Shown: positions 39,600 to 53,534, counted from the first letter of the whole stretch. The stretch is DNA of 63,310 nucleotides, filler included, from Bigelowiella natans CCMP2755 (GCA_000320545.1; 5 parts of 5 records of this genome joined end to end with filler, not necessarily neighbours in it), one strand, 5' to 3'. Numbers and translations are program-made. Notes: generated by a model not told the origin, from the letters alone.

Positions 39600-41095
39600 A
39601 TGTCCGGGTCGCCCCCACTCCCTCAGTGGCCTACTGAGCACATCCAGGAGACCTTCGAGAGAAGTCTCAATGACTCCGATGCCAAGAGTATTGGCAGTGA
39701 GTCGAGCGGTCAGCGATATTGCGTGCTCCTTTCCACTGGGGCCCTGTGCCCCGTGCATATCGGTCACGTCGATATGCTAGTGAGAGCGAAAGTTGCGATG
39801 GAGAAGGTGGGTCTTCTGCGATGATTTTATTCTCCATATCATGACTGATCCTACGGGTTTCGCACTGGCGTTCTTTCAGAATGGATACACCGTCCTCGGA
39901 GGATGGCTCTCCCCCTCGCATGATAGTTATGTGAGCGGGAAGTTGCATGGCCAGTTCTACGCGGAGGCGAAGCACAGAGCACAGTGCGTAAAGCTCTTGT
40001 TGGAAGAGGATTTCGCTTGGATCAAGGTACTACTTACTTAGTAGGAGCGGAGATATCAATTTCCCCCGCTGACAGCACGTTTATAAGGCCTGAAATGTCT
40101 GAATCATCATCGTACGACGATGTGTAGGTATCTACGTGGGAATGCTCGGTGGAGGGGCGTTGGCCTGATTATCCCGAGGTGATACGAATAAATTACGAGG
40201 CAGCAGGACAGTAGTAATATGCTAGCGACCTAGTAATAGAGGTGAAAGATGAGATGGTCTTCTTGTCGTCGAAGAAGTATGTAGTTAGTTCCAGGTATCA
40301 TCAATACGACTATAATCATCATTATCCTTCTCCCTATCACTTCCCTCCTCTCCCATCCCCCCCCCCCCCCCGGCGGACTATCGCAGGTCGTCGGTGCCGC
40401 CGAGGCAAACCTTCATAAGCAAGAATTCGTCAGGAAATCAGGGAAGAGCATCGATATCATCTATGTATGTGGAGAGGCCCATGCAAGGAAGTGCCATTGG
40501 GATAAGTTTGGGTTGAGATATGGGGGAAGCAGAAAAAACAAAGGCGTCGCCATTGTACCCAGGAAGGGGAGAAAGGCCGTCGGAAATCCATCGAAAAAGG
40601 TGGGAGGGGGGGGGGGGGGCAGTTCGGGGGATGGCAGCCATCGAGTCGATGGCACCGCTTGGAGTTTTTAAAATCCGAATCAAAGGTCTCGCATTCTGCA
40701 CTGCTAACCGCGTTGTGTGCCGTCAGGTTTTTGCCGTAGAAGCCGTGAATGAGAAAATGGAGGATATCTCCTCGACCAAAATTCGTGATGCCTTCGCCAA
40801 AGGAAAATATGACGTCGCGCGCGATTTGATTGGGGGGTGTGTACTACGTTACTGCGCGGAGCAAGAGTTGTTCGGATGCACCATGGCGAAGGTATGCTGG
40901 TACGCGTGGCGGCAGCATTTAGCAATGAACATACGCACATAAGCTGTGCTCTAGGTTTTCCCCCTGATACTCCTTCAGAGGTAGTAATTTTCCATTTTTC
41001 CTCGTTGACGCACAGGTTAAGGCATTTCTGACCACTACGGTCGAACCCAAAAAAGAGACGTCTTCTTCGCCTAATGATGGCAAGGTTCAGAAATA

Positions 41096-41140
<45 letters not shown>

Positions 41141-41463
41141 GTGTGTGTATGTGTGTGTATGTGTGTGTGTGTTTGCGTGTGTGTCTCTGTATCCTCCCAC
41201 ACTCCTTTCAGGGCAAGCAAAAAGCGGGAGATAGCAAGAGCACTGGTGCCGGCGAAGGCAACAGCGAAAGTGACAATGGAGGGTCTTCTCCGGTATACAT
41301 CTTCATTTCCTGCTCTAGGCTCATTTCAGAGTGGAGAACCGTGCCAAAGAAGATTTTAGAAGGGAGATCTCTTTTCTTCTTTGGCTCTAAGCGGAAGTGG
41401 TTGTTTCCTGAAACGGAACCCGATGTTAAAGAAGCGCGACGTCAGCCAGGAAGGTGAGGAGAA

Positions 41464-41504
<41 letters not shown>

Positions 41505-42164
41505 TATGTGAGAGAGAGAGAGAGAGAGAGAGTAAATATATTATAGATGACAGCTCATCCTCCCTTCCACCCCCTCTCTCCGCTGCTTCAGGTACCATCT
41601 CATGGATAAAGAGCTTTTAGAGCTAATAAAGCGAAAAGACGCCAAGGGTCAGGTGCACTTCCTCAAAGCGCCAGATTTAAAGTACAAGCTATACCCCGGC
41701 CCGCCCGATCCCAACGCGTATCAGCGCGTCTCAGACTGGCTCACCAAAACTTCGTTCGATGGGTTGTTATTCCAAACTCAATTAATAAAGGGGGAAGGGG
41801 GGAGGGGGGGGAGGGGGGGGGGGGCAGTGGTTTATATGGCAGGAAATAAATGTCGTTTCCCCGCTGCTACCAATACTACTGCTGCTACTCCTTTAGGAAG
41901 CCATTGGGATTGAAGCCGTTGGTCCTTGACGACAAGTACTGGAAGCGAAATGATGCTTTAAAGCTACGGCATGTAAGTAGTGGAGCAAAGGTGGTTCGGA
42001 ACTACCAGAATGGCTTCCATGACTACGGCGAAGTCATAGAGCTTCTTGAGCACAGCAACCCAGGAGGGGCGTGCATTCCTGTCTTGTCATGGAAACAGTC
42101 GACCAAAAGAACGGCGGGGCGTGGTTGGCGGCCCGCGTATCGTAAGCAAGCGGCATTTAATTAG
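39600..42164 (+). CDS. NMNAT/NadD-like nucleotidyltransferase (HxGH superfamily) fused to an unrecognised C-terminal domain
   Basis: TGALCPVHIGH, GGWLSPSHDSYV, HRAQCVKL, VSTWE, IIYVCG, ISSTKIR; further in-frame exons 41211-41453, 41592-41761 and 41897-42164. Confidence 0.8.
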
Positions 42165-42170
42165 TTTGTC

Positions 42171-42210
<40 letters not shown>

Positions 42211-42799
42211 GCAATGTGTTTTAGTAACGATATGATTAAAAGAGATATGATTAAATCTTCTAGTCATATCATCACACGCCTGTATATGGGCAAGGGCATG
42301 CTTGGGTGCTATGCGACGCAATATAACAAATGAGCCGAAGTGTGTACAAAGTGTCGTGCGTATATAGATGGCGCCGCTTCCCACAGCTACATTAGGATAA
42401 ATTATAACCATTGAAAAGATCAAATCATTCGCTACATACATCCGTCTCATTGTGCACTGCACCCCGCGCTGCTCGCAGGCTGTTTCTCATATATACACAT
42501 GCATGGCGGTCACAAACACATGAGGTTAATGATATGCTAGTATGGTACATCATGTTTATTATAACTATGTGTGCACAGTTTGCTTGTGCTAGGCATGTGG
42601 TTTGCAGCATCAGGTAGGTGCTTAATTATTAATCCGGCAGCATTTCGTGGACACGCATGCGCTACTGCGCATCATTACCATCGCTTGCAACTTACAGATA
42701 GAATAAAGGCATAATCAGCGTAGATGTCAAGCAGCACCACACGCACTGAACAGAACGTACATGAAAGCGGCGTTCGCCGCGCAGCATAGCATTATTCAT

Positions 42800-43026
42800 G
42801 TTTGTCAGTACTATCTGTGAAGATATCACGCTGGGAATGCAGCAGCAAACCTTTAAAATGCTTCCAAACAAGGCCATCCCTCGTTCAAGAAAGGAAAGTT
42901 ACATGGTTTTTCTTAGCTAAACATATCTGCGGAGAGCAACGAAAAGCCATACCAGGGAATGTAATGATGTTCTTTCTTTAACTATTCCGTGAAGAGCTCC
43001 GAGGGGATACCATCTCTATTTACACA

Positions 43027-43091
<65 letters not shown>

Positions 43092-43860
43092 GGGAGAGGG
43101 AAAATAGATAAATAATTAGATCTAAATATATAGGTTATGTTTCGTCTGCACCTGTACATGGACATATGTGCATTTTTCATGTGATTTGGAGATTCATGAC
43201 AACCGTGAATGTCGCTACTCGATGACGAATTGAACCAAACCTTTAAGGAAAAACGAGACGGTAAGCATGTGGGAGGTGGGGGAGGGGAACAGGGGGGGGT
43301 GTATTTTTATTCTATGAGTGTACCATCAGCGGAGCAATCGACGTTACAAAGGGTGAGAATGGTTAGCGACGCAATCGTAATATGTTAGCCGTATTAACGG
43401 GCAGTAGCGTCGGTAGTAATAGAAGTAGTAATAAAAGAAGTAGTAGTCGAAGCTACTACTATTTGGCGGTGCTTACTACTACCGCTACCGCGACTGCTAC
43501 TATTTCTACTACTGCTACTACTAATGATGATACAATCACAATATACCTTGAATTCGTCAAACGACACCTGGCCGGTCTGATCCCTATCAGCAGCTTTGAA
43601 ACAACTCTCCGCTGAAGATGATCGAACGACCGATAAGAGTGCGTAACGATATATCAGCGCGAGTACGCTATGGGTTCTATCAGTTTTGCGCGTTTAATAC
43701 TTTCTAATCACGCATCTGCATCACCTGTATATCTAGCTACTTCTCGTGCAGAGTAGAACTTGCCCTTCGTCTCCTCGTCGCCACCCCCTTTCTGATCCCC
43801 CCCCGCCTCTGGCGGCCGAGGGAAGCGCGTGTGGAAAGTCGTATCTAAGGCGTACGATAC
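42800..43860 (-). CDS. EF-hand protein, 3' exons (upstream part cut at gap)
   Basis: AREVARYTA|ESCFKAADRDQTGQVSFDEFK|VWF contains the canonical EF loop DRDQTGQVSFDE. Confidence 0.65.
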
Positions 43861-44341
43861 CTGCGTTTACGGGGGTGGGGGGAAGGAGAGTGAGGGGGCT
43901 CGAATAAAACTCCATCATTAAAAAAACGCATTTTCTCGGCGCCGAGACGAACACCTATAATGTTCATAACACCGCCCTGTAGTCTCTCGTGCCTTTTTCC
44001 CGATTCGATAGGTCGTTTCTACGATGTTTTTCCGTCAGTCTCCACCCCCCCCCCCCCCCCCACCCCCCGAAAGGTGTGTTAGAATTTAATCACTCCCAAG
44101 AACGTTTTAAATCTCCCTAACCCTTCCCAAGGGGTGTTTTTTGTTGGACGTAAAAAACGAATAAGAAGGCCGAAGAAAAATGGATAAAAAAAACCGGCGG
44201 CCCCCTGCAAAATTCCTGGGACTTATTCCCCTAAAACCACCCTTCACATACCATTTCCTTGGGGGGAAGAGGATGGAGTTCTACACCTTTCTAAACACGA
44301 CCTGGTTGTCGTGCTTTGCATCTTCTTTTCATAAAGGGACC

Positions 44342-44441
44342 NNNNNNNNNNNNNNNNNNNNNNNNNNNNNNNNNNNNNNNNNNNNTTAATTAATTAANNN
44401 NNNNNNNNNNNNNNNNNNNNNNNNNNNNNNNNNNNNNNNNN
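44342..44441. other. Assembly spacer
   Basis: N44-TTAATTAATTAA-N44. Confidence 0.97.
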
Positions 44442-44511
44442 CCGATAATTTCTGCGACGAGGCTACTTCTGCTCTAGGTTTCGTATACATGCATATCAAT
44501 ACAATACATAT

Positions 44512-44561
<50 letters not shown>

Positions 44562-45012
44562 AATGATACTTTATTACAACAAGATACCGAGACCGAGGCC
44601 GAAATCATCCACCATATAAGGTTGTTCTGCCGTGTGCGACCATACTCGAAAATTCATCATAATATGTCCTGTGCATTATTATAATGTCCTGTGCATCATT
44701 ATTTTACCAATGTTTTGGCATGGCATAGTTGGCATCTGACGGCGCCCACCGGATATACGATATACATATCATACTACTACGCATCCTCGACGTCTTGTTG
44801 CCGACGAAACCAAACTGCCATCATGCGTCTAAGCCACGCCATTCTCTATGATCAGTGCTCTTGGAAGGGGGAGGACGACTATCATGATCGCCCACAGGCT
44901 CTCCACAGTGCAAGTCAGATTGTGTGCCAACACCGACTTCAACAACGCGTCGCAAATCACACATGTTTATAGGGAGGATGAGTCCCGCATGAATCTAGTA
45001 TTCGTATCTCTC

Positions 45013-45045
<33 letters not shown>

Positions 45046-45300
45046 GTGTGTGTGTGAGCGGGTGGCGAAATATCATCTCGTTCAAATGTTATGTCCCCCC
45101 TTCCTCACCTCTCACCTTCCCCACCTACCGCTCAATGATAGGACGCTGATCTTATCATTGTGCTGGAACGAGGGCGCGTCGCCGAAGCCGGAACGCACTC
45201 GGAGCTGCTGAAAGACTCTGGTTCCCGCTACTCACAGATGTGGTGGGCGCAAGCATCGTCCTCTTCATCGCCAGTAGATGCAAACGTCTCGGAAACTTAG
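44442..45300 (+). CDS. ABCB half-transporter (ATM1/ABCB7-like), 3' exons
   Basis: PIIFCDEATSAL|DTETEAEII|GRTTIMIAHRLSTVQ|DADLIIVLERGRVAEAGTHSELL..YSQMWWAQ..TAG 45300. Confidence 0.85.
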
Positions 45301-46057
45301 TCTCATCGCGATGAATAATTCCGGAAGTCGATGAGTATAAGCGAATGAAGCAGATGGATCGATGTCACGCAGTCATGCTGTGTAGTGCATATTGATTTGT
45401 GGAAAAAATTGAATTACACAGACACATGCGCACATGTGACGTGCATTGTTTGATGCATCATTTACGTGCATCGATCCGTCTCATACGTGAGACAGCGATG
45501 CGCGACGTCATCCATGTGTGGACACGTGTGCAATTGCGGTTATTGAGTAAAGCTGTGACCTTGCATTTAAGATGAATGTTAAGTACGCATGTAGTGCTAC
45601 AGCAGGCCCCTATTTCGTTCATCTCTATCACAGATAATTACACTGCATCGCATGGTGCGCGCGTGCGTGTGTGTGTACACACACACACACATTACTTATA
45701 CATAAGATTACATTTGGTGGTGTTCGAGAAGGCAGGGAAGGTGAAGTTTCAACAATGTCGCAGGTAGTCATTGTGTGCGGCAGTATGAGCAATACTCCAT
45801 CCACAGCATGGCTTTGTATCACTAGCATAGCGATACGAATGTCAACCAACGAAGGCGACGACGAATAAATAGGGTGTGCATGGCAATGTAGAATGATTAC
45901 GTTTGAACTTAGCTTACACGTGAGTGTGCCCACTCCCACTATTTGACATCAGAATCGAGCTAACTCATCTCTAACACCGCCGTAAAATTTTCCTCTCCCA
46001 GATATACTTTACCATAACCTCCCCCACCCCAAACTAGTGGAATTGAGTAGGAGGACG

Positions 46058-47431
46058 CTATGCCCACACCCGCATCATATTATCCCAACTTCCTGTGCAA
46101 AGGGCGTAGCCGTCTGGGGACAGACCTAAACACGATACGCGATTCTCGTGGGTCTCTAATTTCTCTGCCATTTCGCCTGTGGCGGTGTTCCATACGTAAC
46201 ATATGAAATCGTCGCATCCCGAGAAGATATACTTTCCGGATTTGGAGAAGCAGATGGATGTGACTGAGCATCCAGCTAAGGTGTCATCTACGTATTTCTG
46301 TTGCTGGCGGAACGTCCTAATGTCGAACAGGCGGACGGATGAATCGTCCGATCCGCACCCGAAGGCTTGCCCGTCGGGGAAGAAGTCGACGGAGTTGATA
46401 TCTCCCTTGTGTCCGGGGAAAGACATTATCGGCTCTGCCTTCCTAATGTCCCACAAGATCGCGGTTTGGTCGCACGATCCTGAGACCATGATGTTTTTTT
46501 CTTTCACGATCGAGAGACTCATTACGTCTGATTTGTGCGCGGTCATCCGATGGATGCATTTTTTCTTCTCGATATCCCACATAATACAGGTGCTATCACC
46601 GGAGGAGGTGAACATTTTCTCGTCGTCGAGGAAGCGGCAGCACGATAGGTAACCTTCGTGCTCCGCAAACTCGCAGTGGGGCTTATACTCCTGGTTGAGG
46701 TCATGCTCATCGATAGACGGAATTTTGTAGAGGGAACATAAGTTGTCTAGTCCGCCAGATCCGACGAATGTACCCGATGGAGAGTAGGCACATGTCATCA
46801 CCCATGATGAGCGTAATGGTATAGCATGTAATTTTGCAGAGGTCATGGCATTCCAGATAATTAACTTCCCGTCCTGCGAGGCACTCACAAGCTGGTTGGT
46901 TCCGTTCGCTGCCCAGTGAAGAGAATAGATTTTGCCGTAGTGGCCGCGCAGCAGTTTCCTAAAAATATTCAGTTTAAAATACCGGCGCAGCCGAAATGAG
47001 GATTTGATGGTACCAATGTAATACAGAAGTCTGGAATACTATTCTAGGTTTTTCATACAAACACTAAATGGAATGTTTGACAGTTGGGAAATTACTCCCC
47101 AGAGATATTTTAAATGTATGCAAAAATAGTGTTCACGCTTTCTCATCATAAATACAATTTTACATGCCTGCAGAATAATGAAGTAGGAAAGGTGGACGAT
47201 AAAAATACTTATGATTTTCATATTCGTGAGTCGTAATTTTTGTGAAGCATAGGGAAATGTAGGAATTTACTTTATTTTTAGGGACGTGGAGGTGGTGGGA
47301 GTTTTCCTAGTTTTGGCCTCTGAGGCCAATGTTTGTTTGGATTCCTCGTAGGTATCAACACTTCTTAGATTGTCTAGCTCCTCATTGAGACGCTTTATCT
47401 CAACCATCAGTTGTTTCTTGTCAGACGCCAT
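46058..47431 (-). CDS. GNB: Heterotrimeric G-protein beta subunit (7 WD40), two exons
   Basis: Coiled-coil exon 47431-47271, then [56 protein letters not shown]. Confidence 0.96.
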
Positions 47432-48535
47432 TTTGTTGACACCACCAGCTGACTAGTACTTACCCAGATGACACGATTGTTTTCCTTATCTGTGCGTTTA
47501 TTTTGTGCAACTTATAATATCGTTGTGTCAATGATAACCCCTTCTGTTTTGTCTTGTTCAGGGAAGAACGAGAGCGGAAGGATCCTGTTGAAGTAACCCT
47601 CAAGAGAAAGATGGCCTGGCAGGGATGCAAGTGATTGAAGGACAACAGATGATTAAGACAAACCCTGACTCCAATGGGATGGAAGACGGTACTAAAAGAC
47701 GTTATAACAATATTTGCGTCATCAAATAAAGTATGTCGTTTAATATAAACATAGGATATTCTCGAAAAATAGTATATCCAAAGAGGTGCCCTGCACTGTG
47801 CGATTCTCACCGCCTCACCGCTAAACCATAAGATTAAGATCTAACGGTCGGGGTTGAGAGTCGCCATGAGACACTGTTCGGATATAATGAGGACTTTGTC
47901 AGACATATTTTTATATTTTATCACCTTATTTGAATATAATTGGTGAAAATCGGATATTTTTTAAATCCCTGCACGCAGATTCCTTTTTAAAGATTGCACC
48001 TTTGGAGCTTTGAGGTGGCAATCCTTGATTTTCAGAATATAGTAAACAATGTTCTGCTTAAAATACAATCCAAATTTGAGTAAAATATCATAAAATTTTT
48101 TGTATTTGCCATTAATAATAAGGATATATTTGATTTAGCGATGCTAGATTTTTGTAGAGATCGTCCATAAACATCTTAATTAGATTCTGCAGGGGGAAAA
48201 GTTGGAACACAGTCCTATCTCTCTTTTATCTCTCTTTGTTATCAAGATTTTGTACGATTTAGTGCATATATCGTACTTAATACTACACATATCTCTTTTA
48301 TACTTCTCTTTTGTCAATCTGAATCTCTGTGATAGCCCCGTGTTTTTTTTCTTTCAGGCCTTTAATTTATCGTACATGAAAAGTGTGGCAAGTTTAGTTT
48401 TTCGGCAGCATATCTGAAAGAATCCCCGTCTCTCATCGTTTGTACCCGTGATTTGTCTAAAACTCGTGTGTTTTGGCCTTTTCTAGTTTCCGTCGTATTT
48501 CTACCCACGTATATCCTAGGAAAAATTGTTCAGTG

Positions 48536-49498
48536 ATGGACTTCGGTTACCCTTCGTCCATTCGCAACGTTTAAGTGGTGACCTTCCCCGTGCCGGTCGA
48601 TAAGAATTCCCCAAGAACTATCCTAAAAAATAGTTTCTAAAGGAACAAATGAAAGAACTGTTTTTCATGCACATCTTTCGTCTGTTGCCGGTGCTCGTAA
48701 CCGAAACCGTAATTTAGTGGAAAAATTCAGATAAATATTATGTTTCAGGAGTAAAATCGCATGTATTTTGTATTTTGGAGTGGAATAAATGACTGTGAAA
48801 TTTCTAGACTTCAAAACGTCCCTAAAAATGGAAGCGCCGAACGCAACCGGTAGTTCACAAATGTTGCTATGGGGAGACCAAAACGCGCCCGTCTGAACGA
48901 TAATGAGCAGTGGAAAGAACGTTGAAGGGTGGTTCATGTTGTAGGGTTACGGAACCAAGTTTATTTTTGGTTTTCTTGTGGCCACTTGTCCTACGTTTTC
49001 TCTAATTCGACACGAAACAATGTTCAGAAAAGAAAGAGTCCAAACTCATCGGGCTGCAGAATCTATACAGCCCATCGCAGACAATACCACAGTGCAAATT
49101 GCCAAATAGATTTTCGAAGCCAGGTGGAGTTGACCAATTCAAATGCATGGAAGTCTACTAACAATGATCTTTTGTTCGCAGAAATGCAGAAGTACAACCA
49201 GAAGAAGCAACATCCCATGTATATTTAAACTAATTATTAGAACATTCTTATGGATTTGAAACTGATTGCTATGCCAAAGCGGTTCCTCTCATTATCTACT
49301 TAATCATAAAGGTACCGCACAAGTTCAAATGACTATGGTGCTCGTTCGCAAACTACTGAGGAGGCCCCAAAGCAATATCACGGTCTAAAAGGAAATTTTA
49401 CGAAGGAATTTAGTGGTGGCTTTTGTAACAGCCAGGGCTTAGTAACTTCGACAACGAAACACAGAGTGAAGAAAACTCCGGAAATGGGAGTTAACTAA
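48536..49498 (+). CDS. PIERCE1/2-like (DUF4490) ciliary microtubule inner protein
   Basis: Spliced CKLPNRFSKP|EMQKYNQKKQHPM|YRTSSNDYGAR..PKQYHGLKGNFTKEF matches the family LPxRF..HPxYRTxxxxYG pattern; 5' micro-exons tentative. Confidence 0.75.
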
Positions 49499-50366
49499 TC
49501 TAAAAGTTTCGTCCCTGCATGCTTAATTAAGAGCGTCGCTTTATTTATTCGTTTATTAAAATTAATTTATCACACATTAAAAATGTGAAACCGTGAATTA
49601 AATAATGGATATATTAACAGATACTATAAACAGATATAAATTTACTTACTCATGTTGAAGATCCTCATTGGAATCGAAAATATGTGTTTGTCTCCCTAAT
49701 GTTAGTTTGTCTCCCTTCCCTTCCTCTCTTTTTACCCTGTCTTCTCCTTTCTCTCTTCATCCCTCCCCTCTTCTATTCTCTTTCTCTTTCTTTCACATGG
49801 TTTCGTATCACTGCATAACCTGCATACTGAGCATGATTAAATGGGCGATGCAATGGCAAACAAGTGCGAGGCGGCCCTGTCAATCGTCTTCGTTGTGTGC
49901 CCTTTGCCGCTGATCCGCTGATCGATCGAACAACCATTCCACGGTGTTATAATTACCAGGCAGACATCATGTGGAATCACATGATCCCGCAGACATGCAG
50001 CAGCTAGGGCATGTGTCAGATGTCGCATCGCATCGTCCGTGTGCAACATGCAAGCAATGTAACGATCGACGCCATTCAATCCATGCATGTAAGACGGGAT
50101 GTAATGAATCAAATTAAATTTGATTCATGTGTCCAGTGCACATGCACTACAGCGGGCATACGACGTGCATGTGAAATATGCACATTGACCGTGAGTGTTA
50201 AAGTGCGAGGCCATCTTCCGCGTCATAACGCACTAGCATAGTAGTAGCATGGTCGCGTGGCACAGCAGCGTCGCAGGCGCACGCTAGTAGCCTAGCAAGC
50301 TGCTATGATAAACATAAACACTGCATGTGCATTTATAATGGAAAAAGTAATACTATATGATGTGTG

Positions 50367-50413
<47 letters not shown>

Positions 50414-50641
50414 TATGTGCATGTACATGTGTACATGTAGTAAATGCACAAGAGGCACTGATGATGACCACACCGCACGTATACACGACATCGACGAGTT
50501 ATTACACGACAAGGATGCAAATGCTTTCAAATGCCATGAAACACATGATAGGCATGCATTTGACTGCATGAAACACAACAGTAGCGGAGACCAACAGATT
50601 CAATATTAGCGCTGTAACCGCTGCATTGCACAGTATAACAG

Positions 50642-50790
50642 CTACATTAGGATTACCATTGAACAAATTTAAATGATTCATTGCATCCGTCTTACATGAT
50701 AGACGAGACAAATAGACACAACCTAAGCGCTGTAGCTGTTGCTTTGCATGCAGGCATGTAGCTACATTAGGATGACCATTGAAAAGACCC
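50642..50790 (+). repeat. Dispersed intergenic repeat (two copies here, one at 7413-7462)
   Basis: CTACATTAGGATTACCATTGAACAAATTTAAATGATTCATTGCATCCGT versus CTACATGAAGGTCACCATTGAACAAATTTAATTTGATTGATTACATCCGT. Confidence 0.8.
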
Positions 50791-51298
50791 ATGCTAGCAT
50801 GGGAATGTTTGATCACTTCATCACACCCGTCTCTGTTGCACATGTGTGCATGATGTTACTTAGTGTCCATCATTGCTGACCAACACCCCACACCCCACAA
50901 AAAATTTCCCCATTCTAGCACTGTCCACGGCAGGGAAGCACCCAAAATGCGATCCCAATGCATTTTGCCTACTGCGGATCTACTGCTGAACTAAATTGCT
51001 AGAATGACATGGCATAAATCATGGGCACAGCACATTTCTTTTTTTCAAAGTGACGTGGGTTCATGGCGTCATCACGAGTGAGCAAGATCTTTGTTAAATA
51101 TAACGACATAGCAAAAAATATCGCCAGAGCATCGCGCCATTGTCCTACATCGCAGAATTTCTCGTGCATCATGGAATTAAGTCTCCTTTTTCTCTAGTTC
51201 CAGAATACCTGGAAGGACAAAAAGGTACTGGCCGAGCTCCGATTTCAGGTGGGGGAAACCATCAATTTTTCCATGTTCTACAACTTTCCCATTGGATT

Positions 51299-52412
51299 TT
51301 ACATAGGATTGGTAGGCAAATCTTTGACGTATTCTTCGCCTCCACGTGAACTTCGGAGAACCAAAATGAGAACGTACCCTTCCAAATCCGAGTGTCTCTC
51401 CTTGGCCACCTTCCCCACTGCCCCGATTACAGCAGTTTTAGCAGGATGTCTTAGGGAAAATGTAATTTGAATGAGATACAAAAATTTCCTGGATGTGAAC
51501 AGCGAATCTATGCTTTCCAGGTTGCGCCAACTAGGCTCGTAGTAGGTATCGACTTTGAATTCACAATCTTGGAAGTTTTTCTGTGTGAAGTATTCTCGCC
51601 CCTTGATGTTCTTTAAATCAACTTTAAGATCAGGGCCGGTCTCCTTGTCTGGCGTAACTAGTTTCCTCGTCGGCTTGAAAATGTCATCCATGTTATTAAA
51701 ATATATTGTGGTCAAACGTTCCAAGCAATCTGCGTATTCATGGTTCTCTATTGTCCCCTTTGCTGCCGCTGAAACTTTGTACCTTACCATTTTGATGGAA
51801 AAGCAGCATCCTCCTAGCATTTCAGCATGTGATGCGTTATCATCTGTTTATTTTACATCGTCCCCATCTTGCGTATTTGACCCTTTTTTAAGATGATCCA
51901 TTTCATGTGATACAGAAATGAAAATTGAATTACATCCATCTCGAAGTGGCTCCCCAAATGATCAATACTCAATTAGCACTAGGAACAGAAACGAAGGAAC
52001 AGTCGAATGTTCTCATTTTCTCGCCATCTGCTCATCGTTGAAGCCGATGAGGGCCACCATTCTAGACCTCGCCACTGCTACCTCCAACATGGTCTTTGCG
52101 GCCTTGTGCAATTTCTTGGTTTTTCTTCCTTGTTCTTCCTCCCTACAGTGCGGTCTATTCATGCCAGGGAGCAAAGCACTGATGTGAGCGAAGTGAGTTT
52201 TGAGTTCCAGTTCAGGTTCCGCACAAGACGAATCCTAGGACATTTTTGTCCTGCGACAACAGTATAACAGCTAGAAACATCGATGACAAGGGGCTCGAGT
52301 TGTGAAACCCGAATCTCAGAGATTTTCTCGAGTTCAGTTGGATGAAGCCCGAACAGGGGGCGGAGGCCCCCCACCGCCTCCCCTGCGGCTCATGATGAAG
52401 GCCATCCTCCAC
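51299..52412 (-). pseudogene. Degenerate Crinkler/RHS-type (NTPase)-REase effector remnant
   Basis: YYEPSWRNLESIDSL..YLIQITFSLRHP resembles the CR-REase motif YxxPxxxNxxxIDS..QIT..HP; upstream GGLRPLF; several in-frame stops and frameshifts; no clear introns. Confidence 0.6.
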
Positions 52413-53100
52413 CTCTGTCTCTCAGTTTGCATGGGGCAATCATCGATCGAGTATGATGGGCTGTCCCGCCTGCACCACCACTGCCAGAACCATCAATATC
52501 AACACCGACCGCAGCCACAACGAGCAATTTCCGAAAGTGTGCCCGCTGCTCCAAAGCAGCTCACCGCTCGGTCTAGGATCTCGCTGTCGGCTGGTTTCGA
52601 AACCTCGGTTTTATCATGGCAAAGGGACAGTGACAGCTCATCTCTAGGACTGAGGGGGGGAGGTTACAGATCTAAGATGAAGAGGCAGCAGAGAAGGGAG
52701 GTAGGGCACAAGAAATACCTACCGCTCAATTGCATAATCATGAATTTGTATACATCAACAGAAAGATCGGCTCCAGACACTCATTAGAAAAAAGAAAGTA
52801 CAAAGGATGAAAATAAGGAGGGGAAAACCAATCAAGTATGTAGCATTACAAAAAAAAAAACAGTCTTACACAGTGTCGCCAAAGTTGTTTTTGTAATCGC
52901 TTTGTTGTTGTAGGGTGCGGCAAAAGAAAATGGACGTTGATGATGTTGGTACCAAGTGGGCAAATCAAGGGATGGAAGCGTATGGCAAGGCGAAAATATT
53001 CAAGGGCGGAATGGATGACTTTGAACCCACGGTGTACGAAAGAGCTCGGCAGTATCGTCGAACTAGTATGAAGAGGGCAAGAAGAAAATTACCTATTTAA
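52392..53100 (+). CDS. Small basic protein with N-terminal signal-like leader and LRGG motif
   Basis: MMKAILHLCLSVCMG..SSLGLRGGGYRSKMKRQQRR, with later exons KKVQRMKIRRGKPIKVRQKK..MKRARRKLPI*. Confidence 0.5.
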
Positions 53101-53534
53101 ACAATTTTCAGCTGCTGCATTAAAAACCATGACAACATTAACTCATGAATTTATATTTCTACAAACTGTATGCAAAGACATGCACATCTACTTTGAACAT
53201 GTTGCACGTGTAGATGTTTACTGCCCGCATCGATGCGTTGCATCATCGACACGCAGAGCTGCAATGGCTCAGCAACTTGCTTGCTCGCGCCGAAGCAATG
53301 TGTTAAAATTTAATACTAAAATCGCCGTCCCAAGAAAGCACAAAATATTTACATGCGTAGCTCCATTTTGCATTTGTAATAATGTGTTACGAACATAGTT
53401 AGCATGACTATGCGACACATGCCATCACTCAGCTTGTGGCCCTGCATGTGACTTACGAGTCTCATCGCCTGTGTTGTCTCATTGTGCTGTTGCCTAGCAG
53501 AAGCAATCGTCAAGACATGATGTCTCTGCACTTA

